Below are positions 24,875 through 35,018 of a stretch of 39,981 bases of DNA, piece after piece (the stretch's first letter is position 1; every line of letters begins with the position of its first letter). The position numbers were made by a program, and so were the translations under genes. The stretch comes from a virus. Lineage: Duplodnaviria > Caudoviricetes. The stretch lies in the IMG/VR virus record IMGVR_UViG_3300046808_000067, positions 1 through 39,981 of that record; one strand, written 5' to 3'. The notes beneath the pieces are model-generated. The model had not been told where the DNA came from and did no database searches. It was given only the letters and a program-made list of their open reading frames with translations.

Positions 24875-27800
24875 TGTCTTCTGTTTCTTGGTCTAGGTTT
24901 TGTGCTGATTCAGCATAGCCTTCAGATGCGAGTTTGGCAGAAGCTTCTTCAAAACTCAATGGTTTTTGTTTGTCTGGGAAGAATATAGAGAAAATATCAT
25001 CGAAACTAGACTTTTCCGCTCCAACTTTTTGCGTCCAACCCATCTTATCCCAGCGATCTTTTTCAGCAAACCACAAAACAGCTTGCAGGTCATCTGGGTT
25101 CATTTTCAGCTTTTTAGCAGCGCGTTCAAAAATAATTTGACCAATGGCAAAATCTTCATTCGTTACTGCGCTTTCTGCTTTTGGCTGAATTCTCCAAGGT
25201 GTCTTTTTGCCTTCATACAACACAGCCCTCAAGAAACGCGCAGCCCATACATCAATAGTTGCTTGCAGGGTTCTGCCAGACAAGTTTCCAGCAAAATTAG
25301 GAGTCTTGGGTGCGTTTCTGTTGTCTAGCCATGAACCATGAATCACCTTGAGTACCGCCAATGAATTAGCATTGAATTTCTTTCCATTGCTGCGTTTTGG
25401 CAACATGTCTGTTGCTAGAATCATTATTTTCGCTCTTTGCGATGGTTTCCATGATTCTGGTTTTTGATTGATAAGGCTTTTAAGGTTTTTCGCCTCCTTG
25501 AGAAGATTTGATTGATCTTGTCCTTTTAAGGATTTGGCCTTTTCCTCAATATCATTGATTTTTGAACGCAGAATATCCAAGTACCCGCGATTTACAATTT
25601 CATCGGCTAGCGTCCCGGACTCCTCCAGTTGAAGCATATCAATATATGCTTTGCGATTTGGTTCGTATCTTCCAGCGTTGATGCCTTCATATGCATCCAT
25701 CGCTTGTAAAAAGTTTTCTCTAACTGGTGTTCGTGCGCTTGTAGCACCAAGCAATTGTGAAAGTATTTCGCGTCCTTTTTCTCCTAACGCATTTACGAGT
25801 TTTACTCTCATGCGCGAATACCAACCCATACCAGCGGCAATTTCTGGGTTCTCAAGATATTTCTTGGTGCGCTTTACAACATCACCAACCACAGCGTCAA
25901 CTGCTCCAGAATCAATAGCTTGATCAATTTGCTTTTGAGCAGACTTTGGAATATCATACGCTAATTCAGCGTAATTTGGCTTTGTTTTATCAGTTGGGTT
26001 GTTTTTATTGTACTCAACCAATTTTGGCGACTTGAGAAGATTGTATGGAATAATCTGCGGAACTGGTTTTCCGTCTTTGAATTTTAGCTCGCCTTGCTCG
26101 TCAACAGCTTGGATTACTGGCAATGCATCTTTTGTTCCTTTGCTGATTTCTGTTGGCTTTTTAGCAGGCTCAATATTAGCCTCCGGCATATACCGAATAT
26201 CCCTACTCCCAACATCAAACCGCTTGCTCAACGGGATGACCTTGCCGGAGTTGTCACGGGTGATTGGGTCTGCGGATTTGATTTGGGATGGAGAGAAAAC
26301 GATATAAAGAGTATCTGAACCCTCAACAATGATTCCATCGTGACCTCCATCCTTTGCTGCTTTTTGTATTTCCTTGTTGTTAAAATCGTAAAATACTTGA
26401 GACTGTTTCGACGGTGTATTTGATACCCCCCAAGTATAGCCCTCTGGAACTGAGACACGATATGGGTTTTTTAATGACAAGCGTGCGCTTATAATACTCC
26501 CTGTTCCTTTAGTATATATTTTTGCTAAATCTTCCCGTGAGGTAAAGAAGAAGCCTGTATCAGTTTTGTCTTTTCGGTGACTCCCCTGCTTTTTAACATC
26601 AAAAACATCAAGCGACTTCGCAGGAGTTCCATGATAAACTTTCGGGCTTCCATACCCTGCCATCTTCGCCGCCTCATCCACCATCCTCTGCTGCTTCTCC
26701 ACATCACCAGACTCCACAGCTTTCATGTAGTCGGCATCTAGCTTCTCTGGCATGAAGCGCATCTTCCCAGTTTGGTTTTCTGTCACACCATACTCGGCTA
26801 GAACATTTTGAGGGACAGGTAACCCAGCCTCAACTGCATTCATAACTATCTCCCTATGGCTTTTTTCTTTGCTAGCCAAAGATCCTAAATAATTTGAAAG
26901 CTTTTTAGCTGAAATCTCTTCTGGGTCGTTTTTATATTCACTCTCAAATGCTCTATCATCACCAATAATTTTGCGTATATCTGCCTTGCGAATATTGCGT
27001 CCTTTAGCCCTTCGCATTTGATGAGCAGCTTCTTCCCAAAGCGTACCAACCATGCGTTTATTAGGGTTAATGAAAATAGTAGGTTTCCCTTGGAATGTTC
27101 CAGATGCCCCATCGAAATCGTATTTATCTCCAGCAACAATTTTCTTACCTTCTTGAACAGGAGTTCTAATTATCATTATCGGAACATCCAATACTGGTGA
27201 CAGAATAGCTCTTGTTTTTTCTCCGTGAACCACATCACCAATAGTTCCAATAATCGTTCCATCTTTCTCTGATTCAGCTTGGATAAATTTACGGGAAATT
27301 TGCGGATGGAAAAACTCCTTTTTGGTCATACGCCAAGGCTCAATTTCACCTTCTGGCATGAAGCGGGTTTGCGCCTCTGGCTCCATCCATCCGATAGCGT
27401 CCGCAGGATACGATTCCAGCATCGCTTTGGATGTGATGGGAATCAGCTTCTCATCCATTTCGTTGATTGCAAACATCCGCTTGCCGTCTGCCCATCGTCC
27501 TTGAGCCTCCTGTGCATTAGCTACAGGGTTGAGGTCTTCTGGGGATATGTCCTCTGGCATGAAGCGGGTTGGCTTTTGCTCACCCTCTGGCATCGCTCGC
27601 TTGGCTTCTGGCATGCGGACTTGGCTTACTGCCTCGTAGCTGAACGGCATGGCTGCGTACTCCTCTGGAGCCATTGGGACTGCCTTGCTGACGCGATCTG
27701 CGCGGTAGGTGCGGTAGACATTGTCCTTGCTCTTGATGCCATCCTCCAAAAGCATGGGATTCAAGACCGCTTGCTCCTTCTTGTTGAGCAGGCCGAACAT

Positions 27801-30800
27801 GGTGTTGATGAAATTCTTGCGCTCAGTTGCCTCGACAGCTCCATACTTCTGCTTGAAAAACTCAATGCTGTCCAAGCCTTGCTTGTGGTAGTCCATCATC
27901 GCCTGCGTGTCGCGCAGGATCAAATCAACATTTCCACCATACAGTTTCTTGCCGCGCCTGTCTTGTGAGCGTTTCTGGATATTCTCATGAAGCTTTGTTA
28001 CAGACATAAGCCCGAACAGTAAGTTGCCGTCTTTGGAGATGGTGATAGCGACTGGAACCGTGTCGCGCAGAGTAGCACCCTGCGGCTTGTAAACCACCTT
28101 TCCAGCCTTGTTGCGGGTAGTAGCAGGGAAGTTGATCATGACCACGCGATCTCCAGCACCCTTGCGGATTAGCTTGTTCATCTCTCGGATGATGCGCTTC
28201 TGCTCTGGGTTGTACTTGTTCTTGGCGAACATCTCGGTTAGGACATCGTTGGATAACCATCCGGGCTGGAATTGCCCCTCGTCGTCCACATGCGCCTCTC
28301 CCTTTTCTGGGGCATAGTTCTCTGCCTTCTTTCTCCGCATCACCTCGACAGCAGTAAGCCCCGCAAGCGCACGCGAAAGTTCTGTAGCTCTATCCAGTGC
28401 TACGGGCTTGCCGTCCTTCATGATCGGCTTGTTGGCATCGTCCACCTGCACCAGTGGGTGAAGAAGTTCTGCATCAATGCTGTCAGATGGGTTGAGAAGG
28501 ATCGGCGCACCAGAGTCTGGCTTGTCGCTCATAAGAGGGTCAAACTGCCCCGGCACAAGCCCTGCACTGCGCCTGTTCATGTCGCGGAACATCTTGCTGG
28601 TAATCGGGTCACGCTTTACCCCCTCTGCGTCTAGGATGCCGTTTCCAGTCACCCATGCTCCATTCTTGTCGATCATCCCACCACTCTTGAAGTGGAGGTC
28701 TTTAAGTACTGGAATCCTCGGCAGGACGGTTTCAAGGATTGATCCAAGCTTGCGCCTAGCAGCACCACTGGATGCAACCGCGCCAAGCTCACCACTTTCA
28801 GCCATTGCTGCGTACTGGTCAGCGTGCTTCTCGATGAAGTACTCCACCGCAATCTTGTCGAGCGGATATATAGCATCCCTCTCGGCATTGGACATGCCAT
28901 CGACACCAAGACGCTTGTAGTAAGCATCTCGGAACGCCTCAAAATTAGGGTCTAGCTTGCCATCCCTAGAGCGGAACAAACCACCAACTGTGTTGTTTTT
29001 GGTGTCACCTAGGAACAGGGCAGCAATGCCGGGTTCCATGTTGTTCTTGATGACCGTGTGGTGGAGCGTTTCGTGTGCAACCAGTGCCTTGATCGGGTTG
29101 GTTGAATTAACATTGATAAATGCCGTATTGGTATTGGGGTCGTACCTACTCGCACCAGAGTCCTTAAATGTGTAGTTGAGGGTTGGATTGGCAATAGCGT
29201 AAGTGGAAATAGCCCTGCGTGTTCCTTCTGGGATTGCTTGAAACAATGCCTTTTGGCGGGTGTCGGTCAAATCACGCAGAAAGTTAAGTTGATCACCATT
29301 TGAAAGCTCACGCATGCGCTTCTTTGTACCCATGAAAGCACCACCTGCGCCAGCAAATGAACCACCAATAAAGAATGACTCAGCACCCGCTTGATACAGG
29401 GTCTCTGGACGCATGTCAGCACCATCAGACAGGTACTCAAACATCAAGTCCGTAGGTGCTGCTGCGGCAATACCACGACCAGCCCTGCGGATTGTGTCAG
29501 ATGTGACCCCGCCTAGATCTAACATGTTGAAGGTGTGCGCAAATCCACGACCCAATGAACCGGGCGCGGTATGTGCAGCCACACGCTTCCAGAATGGAAT
29601 CTGACCACGCACATTCTCCATCTCCTTGCCGACATAACGGAATAGCTTTCCGTAGTTGGATAGCACCTTGCCAGTCTTGAGTGCTGCCGCCCCTGCGCCA
29701 AGTGCGCCAATAATGGGATTTCCAGCTAAACCTACAACTCCCGCCGCCCCAACGGCTGCGGTGTACATCTGATCCATACCACGCTCTTGCAGGAAGTTTG
29801 TGACTGCCGTGTCAGTCTTTGAAATAGTGTCACCAACACGCTCCAAGGTTGCCCCAACCGCCTTTGCTGGCATAGCTCGCATCTGCCTGCCAAGCTCCAT
29901 CGTTTGAAGAACTTTCTGTGAGTATGCCTCTGGAATGCGAGTGGCTAAACTGTTACGCTTTGCAACCAGATTGTCTAACTCGGATGTAATTGCGGGTAAT
30001 GTTGCTCGTATTTTGTTTGCCTCTTCAGTTAGTCTGGTAGCTACTTGAGATGCTTGATTAGCACGCGCAACAAGTTCTGGGTTAGATCCAGCACGAACCG
30101 ATATGTCAGAAGCTAGTCGATTGGCAACATTGACGCTAGCCGCCTCCTTTTTAAGCAAGGAGTTGGCTTCTGCTACGGCAACCTTTCCTTGGGCAATTGC
30201 CATTTCTTGGGTTGCAATGTTACCAAGCCTTCGTTGAGCGGTCAGACCAATACGAGTGGCCAATGGTGCGCTCGTCGCCGCTGTAACTGCAAATTTTGCG
30301 GTCACGAGATTTTCTGGGCTTAAAAATAGCTGCTGGAATGCGGCTCCTTGACCGTACTGCTTATTGAATTCATCTTTACCAAGTCTGCTTTTTACTTCAT
30401 CGACTTGTTTTACTGCTCCATCAATGTTGAGAATTGTTTCGGCTAATTCCCCAGCGTCTTTGTTAATATAATTTTGTTGAGCATTCCACAAATCATATCT
30501 AGCACGAACCAAGTCTTGATCAGCCTCGTCTTCAATTTCTTGTGGCAAGACTCCAGAAAGCACACTTTTTGTTTTGGCCTTTGCAATTCCGGCCATTCCA
30601 GAAAGACCAATCACACCTCTAACAAACTCCTCGTAAATCCCGTATTCAGAAGCCACCATCTTGTCTCGTAGCTCTTGTGGCCGCCTGTCATCCCTACCAA
30701 TTAGACTTGGCCAAGTTTGACTATTATACCATGCAGCTTGCGCCCCTTGTGACACCCCCTCTGGCAGGCTCATTACGCCCTTTTTCAATAAGTCCACGAC

Positions 30801-31529
30801 ACCAGCACCAATATCTCCCAACGATCCGCTTGTGCGGATAAGTCCATCTTTCCAAAGAATATCGAAAATTTCTCGGTTTTCTGGTTTGTTAACCCACTCC
30901 CCGGACACATCCTGCATCTCCTCTTCTGTGGTAAGATATGCAAGACCCTTTTTATTGATCGTCCCATCTTCGTTAAATGCACCAGATTCCTTTAAGTTGA
31001 AGAACAACTCACCAGTCTCAGTTGGGTTTCCTTCTTGGTCTACAAACCCAAGTACCTTAGCCTTATTCGCATCTAGCGGTCTTGCAAACAGTTCTCTCGG
31101 ATCACTTATTATCTCTCCAGCATCGTTGCGGAGCGAGTCAACTTCGGCTCCGATTAAATCAGACACCTCTTGCTCGTATGGTGTAATTGACACCATATCA
31201 CTGCTGAATTGCGCTTCAGCTTGGTTGCGAAAGTTAGACAGAACTTGAGGTTGCTCCTGCGGCACAACCATACCATCCCTCGTTGGTCTATCGGTGAGAC
31301 TACCAACCTCTGGTACTGGCTGCGGCTCGTAAACGTACTGCTCCAGCGGAGTCAGGTCGCGTGTTACTGGTGCTTGAACAGGCTGATTGTATGCATCAAC
31401 CAGAGTCTGCGGCTGCAAGGATTGGACGCGACCTATGGTGTCGCTAATACCCTGTGCGAGAAGCACTAGACCCTTCTGAGTCTGCTTGTTGAATTCTGGT
31501 TTTTTTTCTTCAGGAACATTGTATGGCAT
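24867..31529 (-). CDS. 2220-aa internal virion/ejection protein of polyvalent type: zincin peptidase, degenerate zincin-like module, ADP-ribosyltransferase (ART-PolyVal-like), C-terminal HhH-GPD glycosylase-like module
   Basis: Last of three ejection-type genes; AHETLHH at 29058-29075; VYHGT..FD..GFFFT..A..Y..L.LKNP..GHDGII..VFSPSQIKS; GWY..TSA..K.PNF..NL..TIDVWAAR..LQAVLWF. Confidence 0.8.
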   Translation of the reverse strand: MPYNVPEEKKPEFNKQTQKGLVLLAQGISDTIGRVQSLQPQTLVDAYNQPVQAPVTRDLTPLEQYVYEPQPVPEVGSLTDRPTRDGMVVPQEQPQVLSNFRNQAEAQFSSDMVSITPYEQEVSDLIGAEVDSLRNDAGEIISDPRELFARPLDANKAKVLGFVDQEGNPTETGELFFNLKESGAFNEDGTINKKGLAYLTTEEEMQDVSGEWVNKPENREIFDILWKDGLIRTSGSLGDIGAGVVDLLKKGVMSLPEGVSQGAQAAWYNSQTWPSLIGRDDRRPQELRDKMVASEYGIYEEFVRGVIGLSGMAGIAKAKTKSVLSGVLPQEIEDEADQDLVRARYDLWNAQQNYINKDAGELAETILNIDGAVKQVDEVKSRLGKDEFNKQYGQGAAFQQLFLSPENLVTAKFAVTAATSAPLATRIGLTAQRRLGNIATQEMAIAQGKVAVAEANSLLKKEAASVNVANRLASDISVRAGSNPELVARANQASQVATRLTEEANKIRATLPAITSELDNLVAKRNSLATRIPEAYSQKVLQTMELGRQMRAMPAKAVGATLERVGDTISKTDTAVTNFLQERGMDQMYTAAVGAAGVVGLAGNPIIGALGAGAAALKTGKVLSNYGKLFRYVGKEMENVRGQIPFWKRVAAHTAPGSLGRGFAHTFNMLDLGGVTSDTIRRAGRGIAAAAPTDLMFEYLSDGADMRPETLYQAGAESFFIGGSFAGAGGAFMGTKKRMRELSNGDQLNFLRDLTDTRQKALFQAIPEGTRRAISTYAIANPTLNYTFKDSGASRYDPNTNTAFINVNSTNPIKALVAHETLHHTVIKNNMEPGIAALFLGDTKNNTVGGLFRSRDGKLDPNFEAFRDAYYKRLGVDGMSNAERDAIYPLDKIAVEYFIEKHADQYAAMAESGELGAVASSGAARRKLGSILETVLPRIPVLKDLHFKSGGMIDKNGAWVTGNGILDAEGVKRDPITSKMFRDMNRRSAGLVPGQFDPLMSDKPDSGAPILLNPSDSIDAELLHPLVQVDDANKPIMKDGKPVALDRATELSRALAGLTAVEVMRRKKAENYAPEKGEAHVDDEGQFQPGWLSNDVLTEMFAKNKYNPEQKRIIREMNKLIRKGAGDRVVMINFPATTRNKAGKVVYKPQGATLRDTVPVAITISKDGNLLFGLMSVTKLHENIQKRSQDRRGKKLYGGNVDLILRDTQAMMDYHKQGLDSIEFFKQKYGAVEATERKNFINTMFGLLNKKEQAVLNPMLLEDGIKSKDNVYRTYRADRVSKAVPMAPEEYAAMPFSYEAVSQVRMPEAKRAMPEGEQKPTRFMPEDISPEDLNPVANAQEAQGRWADGKRMFAINEMDEKLIPITSKAMLESYPADAIGWMEPEAQTRFMPEGEIEPWRMTKKEFFHPQISRKFIQAESEKDGTIIGTIGDVVHGEKTRAILSPVLDVPIMIIRTPVQEGKKIVAGDKYDFDGASGTFQGKPTIFINPNKRMVGTLWEEAAHQMRRAKGRNIRKADIRKIIGDDRAFESEYKNDPEEISAKKLSNYLGSLASKEKSHREIVMNAVEAGLPVPQNVLAEYGVTENQTGKMRFMPEKLDADYMKAVESGDVEKQQRMVDEAAKMAGYGSPKVYHGTPAKSLDVFDVKKQGSHRKDKTDTGFFFTSREDLAKIYTKGTGSIISARLSLKNPYRVSVPEGYTWGVSNTPSKQSQVFYDFNNKEIQKAAKDGGHDGIIVEGSDTLYIVFSPSQIKSADPITRDNSGKVIPLSKRFDVGSRDIRYMPEANIEPAKKPTEISKGTKDALPVIQAVDEQGELKFKDGKPVPQIIPYNLLKSPKLVEYNKNNPTDKTKPNYAELAYDIPKSAQKQIDQAIDSGAVDAVVGDVVKRTKKYLENPEIAAGMGWYSRMRVKLVNALGEKGREILSQLLGATSARTPVRENFLQAMDAYEGINAGRYEPNRKAYIDMLQLEESGTLADEIVNRGYLDILRSKINDIEEKAKSLKGQDQSNLLKEAKNLKSLINQKPESWKPSQRAKIMILATDMLPKRSNGKKFNANSLAVLKVIHGSWLDNRNAPKTPNFAGNLSGRTLQATIDVWAARFLRAVLYEGKKTPWRIQPKAESAVTNEDFAIGQIIFERAAKKLKMNPDDLQAVLWFAEKDRWDKMGWTQKVGAEKSSFDDIFSIFFPDKQKPLSFEEASAKLASEGYAESAQNLDQETEDNE
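26181..27617 (-). repeat. Six R(F/Y/A/-)MPE junction repeats within the giant protein
   Basis: 27606-27617 RMPE, 27585-27599 RAMPE, 27552-27566, 27351-27365 and 26745-26759 RFMPE, 26181-26195 RYMPE. Confidence 0.9.
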
Positions 31530-33448
31530 TACCTTGATTGTTGCAGATTTCGATAGTAGTCGTTTATCTCCTTAAAGTTTGAGCCTTTATTTTCCTTGGT
31601 TTCAATTAAATTTCCAGACTGAATTCGCTTTTGTCCCTCTTTGATGTATTTCACAACCTCGTCGATTCTAGCTAAAGCGGCAGATTCAGACATGCTTGGA
31701 TTGATTCCGACAAAAGCAGCGGATGCTTTTTCACCCTCAGCGTTGGAAAGAGCCCCCATACCCTTCATGTCTTTGATAGCCTCCATAAATCCCTGTGCTT
31801 GGATTTGATCGTAAAGAACCTTGGCGTTTGCGCTTTCAGTACCCGGAATTCCTGTGTAACCAACTCCGAATAGACCTCCAAAACCCGGATGATTTCTCAA
31901 CTCTGTCATCAATGAAATCATGCGTTCAGACTTTGCTTTTACGGCTTCATTCAATTCTTGTTTTGCGGCCTTTTCTTCCGCGCGCTTTTCCATTGCGATA
32001 ATGTCACCAACACTAGGTGCTGCCTTTATGGTTTGCACACCAGTCAATTGCCCGTCTTGATATGACGCTTCATATGTTCCAAGCGGATCAAGGTTCAATG
32101 CCTTGGCTTCTTCTCCAGTAATGATTTTTGCTTCTTTTTGGCCGCCATTAGGCTTAACTGGCACAAATCCCGGACGAACTTGGTATTGCTGTGCTTGCTG
32201 TGCTGATGGTTGAGGTTGTGCCATGCGAGGCTCTGTTGGCATTGAGCCACGCGGAATCATCTGCGCGGTAGCCATGCCAGCACCCTCTTGAATCATGCGA
32301 GCGATCTCAGCTTGTTGCTCTGGAGTTCCCATTGCTTGCGATGCAGCATCTCCTCCAGTATAACGGAATACTTGCGTCTTACCGGGATTTCTTGAATCAA
32401 TTGAATTCATCCAAGTTCCAAGCGTATAGTTTTGTTGCAATGTTCCCGGTGATCCACCTCGGAATCCTGCACTACTATTTGATGCAATTGATCTGCTATC
32501 TAGAAATACTCCAGCGTGACCTGCACGATTTCCTCTAGGAGTTACGATAATATCTCCTCGTTGAGCTTGACCAATTGGCACGCTTTCAAATTTTGGGTTT
32601 CTGCTTAATTTGCTAACCATTTCGGCAGTAGAAAGAGTTCCGATTTCTTCTCCTGTTGCCTGTTTTACCAACTTACAAACAGCATCAGCACATCCAAGCT
32701 TCCCTCCTTGAGTTCCGGGTGTTTTTGCGCTAATTGGTTGTCCTAGGTTCATCTCAGCAACTTGTGCGATCATGTCAGATGAGCCACCTCCAACTTGAGA
32801 TGTTGGTGGCATATCTTCAGCATATGCTGGTTGTCCAAGACCCCATGCGTTAATGTCTAAAATTTCTTTTCCAACCGCAGCATCAAAGAACCTGCCAGTT
32901 TTCGGGTTAAATGGCATGTCCCGCTCAAGCACTTCACCAGTTGGTGTGGTGACTGTGGCTTTTTTGATTTCGTATGAAGGTTTTCCTGTTTGTGATGCCT
33001 TATATTCGCTTGCTTGAACTTGTCTCTCTTGTAGTCCAAGTTGCTGTTGCTTCATAATAGCATCAGCCATTGCTTGCTGTTGCTGGAAAGACATGCTCGC
33101 CCTGTTACGCATCTCTCCAACACCCATGTTAATTAGGTTAGCAACGACCTCGGCCTCTGCGGCACGATCAGCAAGAGGAATGTTTTCATCCTTCATGCGT
33201 TCCTTTAACCCTTGAAATGATGGCGCAAGGTCTGGGAACAACTGAAGTGCCGCATCAATCTGAAGGCTGCTTTGTTTGACTAGTTTCTTCTTCTCGCCTT
33301 GCTCCTTGAAGTAATCCTTTGCTTGCCCAGCAAGTCCAGAAATCATCTGATACGGAGCTGCCGCCGCCGCTCCACCTGCCGCCGCCGCCCCAGAATAGTC
33401 TGGAATGCGGTAGCCCGATACGGGTATTTGTCCTGCTACGAGTGCCAT
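31529..33448 (-). CDS. Internal virion/ejection protein with an NlpC/P60-superfamily peptidoglycan hydrolase domain
   Basis: GCADAV (catalytic Cys) .. Q.GDII .. GHAGV (catalytic His); C-terminal GMGALSNAEG helical domain. Confidence 0.75.
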   Translation of the reverse strand: MALVAGQIPVSGYRIPDYSGAAAAGGAAAAAPYQMISGLAGQAKDYFKEQGEKKKLVKQSSLQIDAALQLFPDLAPSFQGLKERMKDENIPLADRAAEAEVVANLINMGVGEMRNRASMSFQQQQAMADAIMKQQQLGLQERQVQASEYKASQTGKPSYEIKKATVTTPTGEVLERDMPFNPKTGRFFDAAVGKEILDINAWGLGQPAYAEDMPPTSQVGGGSSDMIAQVAEMNLGQPISAKTPGTQGGKLGCADAVCKLVKQATGEEIGTLSTAEMVSKLSRNPKFESVPIGQAQRGDIIVTPRGNRAGHAGVFLDSRSIASNSSAGFRGGSPGTLQQNYTLGTWMNSIDSRNPGKTQVFRYTGGDAASQAMGTPEQQAEIARMIQEGAGMATAQMIPRGSMPTEPRMAQPQPSAQQAQQYQVRPGFVPVKPNGGQKEAKIITGEEAKALNLDPLGTYEASYQDGQLTGVQTIKAAPSVGDIIAMEKRAEEKAAKQELNEAVKAKSERMISLMTELRNHPGFGGLFGVGYTGIPGTESANAKVLYDQIQAQGFMEAIKDMKGMGALSNAEGEKASAAFVGINPSMSESAALARIDEVVKYIKEGQKRIQSGNLIETKENKGSNFKEINDYYRNLQQSR

Positions 33449-33455
33449 GATTGTA

Positions 33456-35018
33456 TTAGACTGGAATTGCGCGAGGGATACCTCCGAACATTGATTTTAA
33501 TCCCATGCCAGCAGATAGACCAAGGCCGCTAAGACCAGATGCTCCTGCGGCTCCACCAGCAAGACCAGTAAGTCCAAGACCAGCGGAAAGTCCTCCTGTA
33601 AATGGGATTGCGGCAAGCCCGATAAGGCTTCCAATAGTTCCAGCCCTTGCTTGTCTAGCTTGTTGATCGGCTTGGTATTGAGCTAAATTTCTAGCGTCTA
33701 CAGCTCCAGCACGCTCTCTTGCAAGCGTAAGTGGAAGGTTGTAGTCCAATTGTGGGGTCATTGTCTGACCGAGTTCTAATCCCATGCCTGCAAGTGTTGT
33801 TCCTGCGGTGTAGGATGCTGGTGTTCGTCCAAGCATTTCAAGACCGGGTGCAGTATAAAAACTACCAGCAGAACCAAATGCGCGAGCAGCTTCTTCTCCT
33901 GCTGTTGAGCGCAACCCAGCTCGCATGCGTTCGATGTCTTGAAGTTGACCAAGTCCTGCTTGTTGCATTTCAGCAGTTGCTTGTGCGCCAGATACTCGCT
34001 GACCAAATAGACCTTGTTGTTCCGCGAGGCGTTGTTGTGCGCGAGCTGCTCGCTGATTGAACAACGCTTGCTCCTGCTGTAGTGCTTGCTCTCTGGCCCC
34101 GAGGCGTTGACCAAATAATGCTTGCTCTTCAGCGGCACGGATCTGCCTAGCTTGCGCCTGTTGTCCAAACAACGCTTGTTGTTCTGCTGCACGAAGGTTA
34201 GCAAGGTTTTGGCGTTGCTCAAATGCTTGTTGTCCAGTCTGTGCCGCTTCCGCTCGACGACCAGCAAGTGCGGCCTCGCGGTTTTGGATCTCTGCGGCAA
34301 TGGCGGCGTTTCCACCAATTCGACCAGCGGCTTGCGCGGCCTCCCTAGCGGTTTGTTGAGCCATGCGCTGCTCTTGAGGTGATAGCGTGCCACGACGAGC
34401 GTAGGCTTCCTGTGCCATCTGGTTTGCCATCTCCGCATCCTGCTGTGCGGCTTGGATGGTTGGGCTAAGAAGCCCACCTTGCGTGATGGTTTCACCAAGA
34501 AGTCCACGCTGTGTGACAGTTGGACGCAGACTTGAACCCGTAATGGTTGGGGTAAACTCTTGAGGACGGATACCATAAGTGCCAAGTGCTTGTCCCATGC
34601 GGCTAGCATATCCAGCTTCAGCACCTGCTGCTTGTGAAGCAATGTCCTGCATACTACGAACTTGCGCAGCTTGCTCTGGGGAAATTGCTTCCATTAACCC
34701 ACGGGTAAAACCAGTTTGCCCTGCCATCAACCCAAGTTCTTCTGCACGAAGATCGGCCATTGTTTTAGCCTCGCCTTGAGCGGCCATTTCTCGCAGACCT
34801 TTAAATCCAGCAAGCCCTTGACCACCAAGTTGAAAACCCTGTTGCATGTATGATGGGCCAAACTGGCTCATCAACCCCATTGTGGATGGCAACGCCTCAC
34901 CATAATACCCAGCAACATTTCCAACCATTTTCTTCGCTGAAGCTCCAGCAGCCAATGGAGAAAAAATATCCGTAGGCATAGGGATGCTTGGTGCTTTTCC
35001 TTTAAATAGTGATCCCAT
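33456..35018 (-). CDS. Internal virion/ejection protein, Gln/Ala-rich coiled coil with Gly-rich hydrophobic C-terminus
   Basis: Composition, 18-aa repeats, MGSLF start, position before the larger ejection genes. Confidence 0.7.
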   Translation of the reverse strand: MGSLFKGKAPSIPMPTDIFSPLAAGASAKKMVGNVAGYYGEALPSTMGLMSQFGPSYMQQGFQLGGQGLAGFKGLREMAAQGEAKTMADLRAEELGLMAGQTGFTRGLMEAISPEQAAQVRSMQDIASQAAGAEAGYASRMGQALGTYGIRPQEFTPTITGSSLRPTVTQRGLLGETITQGGLLSPTIQAAQQDAEMANQMAQEAYARRGTLSPQEQRMAQQTAREAAQAAGRIGGNAAIAAEIQNREAALAGRRAEAAQTGQQAFEQRQNLANLRAAEQQALFGQQAQARQIRAAEEQALFGQRLGAREQALQQEQALFNQRAARAQQRLAEQQGLFGQRVSGAQATAEMQQAGLGQLQDIERMRAGLRSTAGEEAARAFGSAGSFYTAPGLEMLGRTPASYTAGTTLAGMGLELGQTMTPQLDYNLPLTLARERAGAVDARNLAQYQADQQARQARAGTIGSLIGLAAIPFTGGLSAGLGLTGLAGGAAGASGLSGLGLSAGMGLKSMFGGIPRAIPV

